Of a stretch of DNA of 64,000 nt, positions 59,701 to 64,000 are shown piece by piece; position 1 is the first letter of the stretch, and every line of letters starts with the position of its first letter. The stretch is from Antedon mediterranea. Lineage: Eukaryota; Animalia; Echinodermata. The stretch is from assembly GCF_964355755.1 (NCBI RefSeq), contig NC_092673.1, forward strand, positions 4,402,001 to 4,466,000, read 5' to 3'. The notes beneath the pieces are model-generated. The model did no database searches and was not told the DNA's origin. It worked only from the letters and a program-made list of their open reading frames with translations. A program made the translations under genes and the position numbers.

Positions 59701-62612
59701 ATTGAGAATACTTGTGCAGGGGTAAGTTTCTAGCCCAAGTAAGCAACGGGTAGTGCAGCAACATGATTATAACTACTGTGGAGTAGCTTTGTGTGATGGT
59801 GTTGAGTAATTGATGAGATGTTTACCCTATTCTGACATAATTTGTATTTTATACCAAGTACATTGAGACTGTATGTACCTTATTTTGTGGCATTAAGTAA
59901 AGAAAATGATCACAGAAACATTAACTCATTCCACTCTTGACAGGGAAGAACAAGAGAAATTAAATGTATGGGTAGCCTACCTAAATCTTGAAAACATGTA
60001 TGGTACCGAGGAAACACTTGTCAAGGTTTTCGAGAGGGCGCTACAACAGTGTGAGCCAATCAAAGTTTTCCAACAGCTTATTAGTATTTACCTTAGAACA
60101 ACTAAAATTGAGGTAAGATTTTATTGGGTGATCATTAAAATAAAATGATCACCTATTGTTATTGTATAAATCTTTATTCTTCTTATTTATTTCTGTAGAG
60201 ATTTTGTGTACCGATTATATGAAAAATGTCAATCTCAATGTTTTTCAAATTTTGAAATCAAAATATGGTGTGGTTCCCGTAATTTTACCTATGTTACACT
60301 GTATATAGATATACAGTATACTGTATATATTCTTTATGGCATATAATACGCACAACTCGGCACTATAAGCATATAGGCATCAAGTCATATAGGATATATA
60401 ATAATAGGATGGCATACATCAACATTTTTGCGATGCTTAGGCACATCATTTAAAATATTTGGATATATTTTATTCTAGGCAGCTGATCAGCTTTTTACTA
60501 CAATGGTGAAGAGGTTTAGATCTAACAAAGATGTCTGGATAAACTATGGCTCATTTCTCATGCAAAATGGCAAGCAAGATGCTGCACATAAGTTGATGCA
60601 GCGAAGCTTCAAAAGTCTTGAAACCAAACAACGTAAGTGAACCAATCATATTGCTTCACAACCATAAAGCTCTGTCTACGCTATCAAACTTTGGGACAAC
60701 AAAATGTGATGTGCCCATATATGGACATGATGAGGTCATATTAATAATAATAATAATATTTATTCGGCAAAAGTTCATAAAGTACATTTTACAATTCATC
60801 TTGCCAGGAGCAAGTAATAGGCATGAGCCCAAACAGAAAACTGCTCTTACTCCATCATTACTTATAAAATACAAAAATAACAAAACTAAGTAGCACAAAT
60901 TAAGTCAAAATAAAACAAAACAAAGTTATAATGAGATACACCAATTAAAAATAAGCTGCATTGAATAAACAATATAAACAATTACAACTTAATATTTTGA
61001 GATCAAATGTTTGATGAGTTGGGCTTTAAAGTCTGAAATTGTAGCACATTGTTTAATTTCATTGGGAAGTTGCTCCCATAATCTAGGGAAAATAACAAAC
61101 GATGAATTTAAAAATGTATTGGTCTTTGCCTTCCAATGTATTAACCGCCCTTCACACCTCTCACTTGATCTCACAAACTCATTAACGGATGATGGACAGA
61201 GACCATGCATTATTTTAAAACCTAATGTGAGTCTATACACTTTAAATATATCTTCAATACTTAGGGTCTTTAACCTATATAAATATGAAGTGTCCCAATT
61301 TCCTTCTTTTCTGTACATAATTATTCTAGTGGCCTTTCTCTGAACCCTTTCAAGTCTATACATATGAGAAATTTCAGTAGGTGCCCACATACAACAACAG
61401 TAAGTCACAACAGGTAGTATTAGTGCTTTGTAAAGATTTAGCATTGCCATCCAAGACATTGCTTTACTACATCTTGAAACAAAACCAAACCATATTTGGC
61501 AATATCACTACCATATTTGGGCACATGACACTTTTTTTTGATAAGTAGATTCATGATGACCCAATGAATTAGTTTCCATTGAGGTCCTACAAACAAATCT
61601 GATAAATAAACCTTTGTTAATTTACATTAGATGTTGATGTAATCGTGAAATTTGCTCAGATGGAGTTTAAGTTCGGCGAGCCTGAACGTGGAAAGACAAT
61701 GTTTGACAACGTTTTGTCGAGTTACTCAAAGCGCACAGACATCTGGTCTGTGTATTTAGATATGGTGATCAAACAAACGGATGCATCTAACACAAGGTTT
61801 GTATTCGGATTATAAAATACAATTAGAGTATAATGTATATAATAATATATAGAAATGGTATTAAAATACTAGAGTGATCTAGTCGACAGTGAATTGATGA
61901 ACAGGACAGGAACTCCTCAAAATGGCTGCCTTATATCTGTTCAAAATATTGTTTATTTTATATAAAAATTTAAATTAACCTAAAATATTGTGAATAAGTC
62001 AGAATCTGTATTTGTTTTTTTACAGTGAAGTTACCTATTGTTAATGGCAATAAAATAGTTTTTTGGTAATAGTCTTGAATTTTCAAATACGAGAATTTTA
62101 TTTTGCATTGATATTCTCAACACTCTGTAACATAGCCATAGTGGTGCATGACTGAGTGTTTGCTTATCTGATTGGTCGATTGATGCATATCAGGTGGTGC
62201 CTCTCCATGCTGGCTCAGTTTTTTAGCTATATGATTGCTTGGAATTGACAAACTAGATGTATAATATATCTATGATATAATATCGTCTATTGAACGCCAT
62301 GTGACCCACAATCGTCCAATCAAATGAAAGGAATCTATTTAGATGTTATATAATACAACATGATTGTAACGTACAGTAATGTAATAATATGAATCTCTTT
62401 CTGAGACGCAATTTTGTACAAAATTTATTTATTTTCTTTGTAGAAACTTATTCGAGCGTGTCATCACTCTTGATCTGCCACCTAAGAAGATCAAGTTCTT
62501 CTTCAAGCGCTACCTGGACTATGAAAAGAAGTTTGGCGATGATGGTACAGTGAAAGCAGTAAAAGAAAAGGCTGTGAAATATGTTGAGAAGAAATCTTCA
62601 GATCTTGGTTGA
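32729..62612 (+). CDS. PDCD11: Protein RRP5 homolog (PDCD11): tandem S1 RNA-binding domains + C-terminal HAT/TPR repeats, ~1802 aa, 34 coding exons
   Basis: Starts MEEENFPRG. Exons 32729-32848, 33053-33208, 33628-33828, 34289-34447, 34815-34938, 35355-35650, 36562-36774, 37082-37273, 37622-37768, 38010-38190, 38762-38961, 41168-41362, 42119-42289, 42468-42681, 44454-44716, 46741-46842, 47708-47778, 53524-53673, 54250-54349, 54927-55069, 55420-55522, 55630-55819, 56233-56413, 56562-56741, 57164-57277, 57509-57618, 57725-57816, 58289-58417, 58779-58847, 59374-59558, 59944-60112, 60479-60632, 61631-61796, 62444-62612 (5409 nt, phases consistent). Diagnostic motifs: [98 protein letters not shown]. 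Confidence 0.97.
34568..34690. mobile_element. MITE family A (partial)
   Basis: One TIR plus core. Confidence 0.7.
34995..35245 (-). mobile_element. Deu/Nin-type SINE copy (tail type 2)
   Basis: Same core, and the tail gggaccaacaggtggtaaacacctctaaaacggt is shared with 18435-18700. Confidence 0.7.
35866..36375. mobile_element. MITE with ~50-bp TIRs and AAT TSD
   Basis: agggaggttttgcaacctaatacgaatacgataacgaaaacggatacgtca / tgacgtatccgttttcgttatcgtattcgtaagattgcgaaacctctct. Confidence 0.85.
36841..37000. mobile_element. MITE family A
   Basis: TIRs and TAA TSD. Confidence 0.85.
38976..40231. repeat. 19-bp minisatellite (~66 copies) in RRP5 intron 11
   Basis: Unit cattttattagtacccag(a/g). Confidence 0.97.
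40557..41120. mobile_element. Harbinger-like MITE with repeated tttcacacca / ctccggag motifs
   Basis: TIR tacccctttcacaccaaaa / ttttggtgtgaaaggggta with a 3-bp ATA TSD. Confidence 0.85.
41363..42118 (+). other. Probable U12-type (minor spliceosome) GT-AG intron in RRP5
   Basis: The 5' splice site is GTATCCTT. A CTTTAAT branch-like element sits at 42098-42104, and there is no polypyrimidine tract before the AG (cataaaccactag). Confidence 0.75.
41405..41620. mobile_element. MITE family B (deleted)
   Basis: Same TIR and TTAA. Confidence 0.75.
42747..43953. mobile_element. Long inverted pair of a ~450-bp repeat (foldback-like); third partial copy at 3173-3310
   Basis: 42747-43185 matches the reverse complement of 43421-43953, e.g. 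taggcgatcttgtcaaaggtcaagcgcc / ggcgcttgacctttgacaagatcgccta. Confidence 0.75.
44160..44338. mobile_element. Harbinger-like MITE
   Basis: TIR agcgtggttcccactag...gcaacgcaagg / ccttgcgttacg...ctagtgggaaccaagct with TTA TSD. Confidence 0.85.
44740..44994 (+). ncRNA. Candidate structured intronic RNA (long branched hairpin followed by ACA)
   Basis: Nested stems: 44748-44760/44964-44976 (13 bp perfect), 44768-44781/44945-44958 (14 bp, 3 G-U, no mismatch) and 44805-44815/44888-44898 (11 bp perfect). ACA follows at 44989. Confidence 0.4.
45490..45772 (+). repeat. Polypurine (G/A-rich) low-complexity tract
   Basis: About 280 bp that is almost entirely A/G, with repeated gggagagg/gggaacagg units. 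Confidence 0.85.
46999..47155. mobile_element. MITE family A (reverse orientation)
   Basis: TIRs and core. Confidence 0.75.
48678..51146 (-). CDS. LRR + Ig(I-set) + Ser/Thr-rich stalk single-pass membrane protein, 822 aa, single coding exon, nested in RRP5 intron 17
   Basis: Uninterrupted ORF with a signal peptide ([13 protein letters not shown]), a Cys-rich N-cap, ~13 LxxLxLxxN repeats, an LRRCT (NNLVCDC), an Ig domain ([22 protein letters not shown]...GTYICSSTN), a ~200-aa T/S-rich stalk, a TM helix ([19 protein letters not shown]) followed by KYLVRKVR, and a short tail without TIR. A splice acceptor (ttttcag) lies 1 nt before the ATG. Confidence 0.93.
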   Translation of the reverse strand: MSTMRKMTATNWILFLTWILTLIPKNRTQTCNDTGIISCRYNHQSQKCLCKNFDCIPHEQICLHVLSLELTSGTYTHIPSYAFTDYYRLKILKISNSAINEIHANAFDGLTTLETLHLKSNKLDRIHVGAFNNLSNLTSLNLENNNLQNLSKGIFYGLQRLTSLFLSQNPLKESRMEYFDQYLPLTLLHMDMIDIDSLEQGCFHNLPDLRIISLKDNFLNRIQVGVFGGLSSLWSLDLSRNNVQTIEEGSFKSANNLSYVELKFNNISNFNELLRALPSGLISLSVYKNAITDIHGLQTRNLEKLINLDLSINHIRTLSSDSFLGMPFLENLDLSMNQLKTVDLTLLPHSIKSLLLSKNLIENLILPTTTTCLPQLTNFVLKSNNFETFPVSLIELTPSLSRLDLKLNNLVCDCNFKEFENSTVNTSNLYVSSHCSSEQSQESLAEKDVADLSSNCIQPLVRTTFEHLSIIEGGSMTLNCYVKGIPFPRVIWQGPTGKTLFGKYDYVNDVTFMEIIEAGKENNGTYICSSTNPLGTSNVSFNVFVIPQKQNDFTTVKMEESNLGSTITTDIIWTTLNAMITSEIVKDTHVTSIPPRQTIFTLTNIDQTMDLVETTEMSVVKTTELGTTSHDSSTLNLLTTNKNSQPNKILTTQNTKTIKNISFSSLIQSSLTTIKSTTKETSEKTESKLFRSSTNSPKSMTQHQAKLIKTLQMSTLPQDATKKNTTTTHKNNIDTTVPSRSKKSPGKIIVIPFLIILSITAVLFILKYLVRKVRSKLRKPVNVFILDDVNEELWQDEEIQNNVCETEMHVGLLSNFKEFSYG
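51540..51980. mobile_element. Harbinger-like MITE
   Basis: TIR agggcctgtttatgctgcaaa / tttgcagcagaaacagaccct. Confidence 0.75.
52930..53020. promoter_or_regulatory. Nuclear-receptor half-site cluster including a perfect DR4
   Basis: TGACCT at 52930-52935, AGGTCAatagAGGTCA at 52948-52963, TGACCT at 53000-53005 and AGGTCA at 53015-53020. The cluster lies just upstream of the inferred 5'UTR exons of the nested LRR-Ig gene. Confidence 0.55.
53758..53942. mobile_element. Degenerate Harbinger-like MITE
   Basis: Left end agggcccgtttatacacg; weak right end catgtatgaacagct. Confidence 0.45.
55098..55280. mobile_element. MITE family A with expanded 21-bp array
   Basis: Left TIR and five 21-bp units; the right TIR is lost. 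Confidence 0.8.
55905..56190. mobile_element. MITE family B
   Basis: Same TIR and TTAA. Confidence 0.8.
56815..57069. mobile_element. Harbinger-like MITE
   Basis: TIR agaccccatttacac / gtgtaaatggggtct. Confidence 0.8.
57335..57485. mobile_element. MITE family A (reverse orientation)
   Basis: Degenerate TIRs and core. Confidence 0.75.
57883..58002 (+). ncRNA. Candidate intronic box C/D snoRNA in RRP5 intron 27
   Basis: Box C ATGATGA at 57889-57895, box D CTGA at 57992-57995, terminal stem ATCTG/CAGAT, and three internal hairpins (AGCCAG/CTGGCT, TGGTC/GACCA, GCTTCTC/GAGAGGC). It is a GC-richer island on the sense strand of a ribosome-biogenesis host gene. Confidence 0.6.
58562..58688. mobile_element. 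MITE family A (degenerate)
   Basis: Left TIR and core. Confidence 0.7.
58965..59175 (-). mobile_element. Deu/Nin-type SINE copy (tail type 1), truncated
   Basis: agagggtgaccctaaacagc...ggttctttaaagtgcac...gacctatggtttatagtcc is the reverse complement of 3460-3640. Confidence 0.7.
60741..61486 (-). mobile_element. 5'-truncated non-LTR retrotransposon (CR1/L2-like) RT C-terminus and 3' tail, inserted inside a MITE
   Basis: ORF 60989-61459 contains [19 protein letters not shown]...[12 protein letters not shown], typical of CR1/L2 ORF2 ends. An AATAAA + (ATT)n tail lies at 60741-60765 on the minus strand. Confidence 0.85.
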
Positions 62613-63154
62613 ATTCGAGCAAGACTTTCCTGCAGTTGCATGTGATGAACTATTATGTACCTTATTGAGATAAATATACTTTTTCTGATATTTTTAATTA
62701 TTTACAAAAAACTTGTGTAACAACGCATTTCTATGATTGAGGGTTTTGAATAAATTTGATCATAGCCTTTTTTCAGCAGAAAATCAATTTGAAAACTTAA
62801 TTAAGGAAATCTAATAGTTTTCTAATTTTTTTTTAATGATAATTCATACAATTTACAAAATTACATAAAACAATAAAATTGTATTCAAATTGATGTATGA
62901 ATTGGTAAATTATGTATGGGTGGTGTCCAAAATGTGTTTAATGATAACATTTAGGACAATACAATACTTTATTAAAAGACATTATTTTGAAACAAACGCT
63001 TTTGTTGTTAATTATCTAAATGTATTGTATAACACTTTACAAAATAGTGTTATACTGTGGTAGAACATGTCATATCTGTATGCTGCCCTCTTGTTTTATA
63101 TTAGGTCAATAGTGATTTCAATATTTTATTTTTCTTTTCCCTACTTTTAAGAAG

Positions 63155-63351
63155 CTTAAACTATCAAACTTTATGTGACAAAAAAAATTAGATGTGCCCA
63201 TATATGGACACGATGACGTCATATCACTACCATATTTGGGCATATCACTACCATATTTGGGCATATCACTACCATATTTGGGCATATCACTACCTTATTT
63301 GGGCACATCACACTTTTTTTGTCAAACAAGTATGTTAGTGTAGACAGAGCT
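63155..63351. mobile_element. MITE family A
   Basis: Core with four 21-bp units and the right TIR. Confidence 0.8.
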
Positions 63352-63516
63352 TTATGTAGAGACTGAATGATCTTATCTTTCTGTTCTTGAGGTACTACTC
63401 ACTCATGTGTATTCTTGTGTTAGGGTCACGTGAGTAATAATACTATTAATAGCATAATGTTCATGTTTACTTGAGCATTATGTATTTGAGACTAGTACTG
63501 AGCACACTAGCTATAA

Positions 63517-63669
63517 AGCTCTGTCTACTACACTATCAAATTTTATGTGACTAAAAAATGTGATGTGCCCATATATGGACATGATGATGTCATATCACTA
63601 CCATATTTTTAGGCGTATCACTACCATATTTGTGCACATCACAACTAGTTTGATTGTGTAAACAGAGCT
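63517..63669. mobile_element. MITE family A
   Basis: TIRs with TWA flanks. Confidence 0.8.
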
Positions 63670-64000
63670 TTAAGCCTGTATGGTCGTTCATTTCATTTCA
63701 TTTCTTTATTCGACAACAAGCAGTCCAGGGGTTGCGACAGCAACAGAGCGCCATAACACATTTGTGTGCACGTGAGCAACAAATTATTACTCGTTCAAAA
63801 TAGAATGCTTTTGCCAGTACCACTTATATTAGTATAGTTATATACTCTACTTTACATCTATTATTGGGGTTTATTTACTGGTACTTCACCCACAGAGGTA
63901 GGTCACCCGGTGGTATACATGTCGTATGTATAAGTATTTATTTATTTATTCCACATTTATTTAGTCATCAATTACAGTACATCATAATTACAGTACAACT

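Noticed and set aside
61553-61612. Second C/D snoRNA (ATGATGA...CTGA)
   Set aside because: It is only ~60 nt, has no closing stem, and lies 18 nt from the 3' splice site.

Overview
AT-rich, intron-rich eukaryotic DNA from an invertebrate animal. A Deu/Nin-type SINE, complexin and an LRR-Ig receptor are present; a marine invertebrate such as an echinoderm is plausible but cannot be proven from this window. I reconstructed four protein-coding genes by hand from GT-AG junctions and intron phase. (1) Complexin (+, 14052-19934, 4 coding exons, 141 aa, no CAAX, with a candidate alternative start exon). (2) An uncharacterised secreted 634-aa protein (-, 31035-26785, 7 exons) joining a PLL/fucose-lectin-like Trp-rich beta-propeller, a SKICH-like domain and a Cys-containing helical domain. 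(3) RRP5/PDCD11 (+, 32729-62612, 34 coding exons, about 1802 aa), divergent from gene 2 and carrying a probable U12-type intron. (4) An 822-aa LRR-Ig-mucin-TM receptor with a single coding exon, nested antisense in RRP5 intron 17 and preceded by five perfect nuclear-receptor half-sites including a perfect DR4. RRP5 introns also hold a candidate C/D snoRNA and several G-U-containing structured RNA candidates. Repeats include about 22 copies of one Harbinger-like MITE (one has seeded a 64-bp satellite, one is split by a LINE fragment), TTAA-flanked MITEs, Deu/Nin-SINEs with two different tails, a Helentron-type HINE and a 19-bp two-state minisatellite. All gene models and family assignments are manual and were not checked by search.
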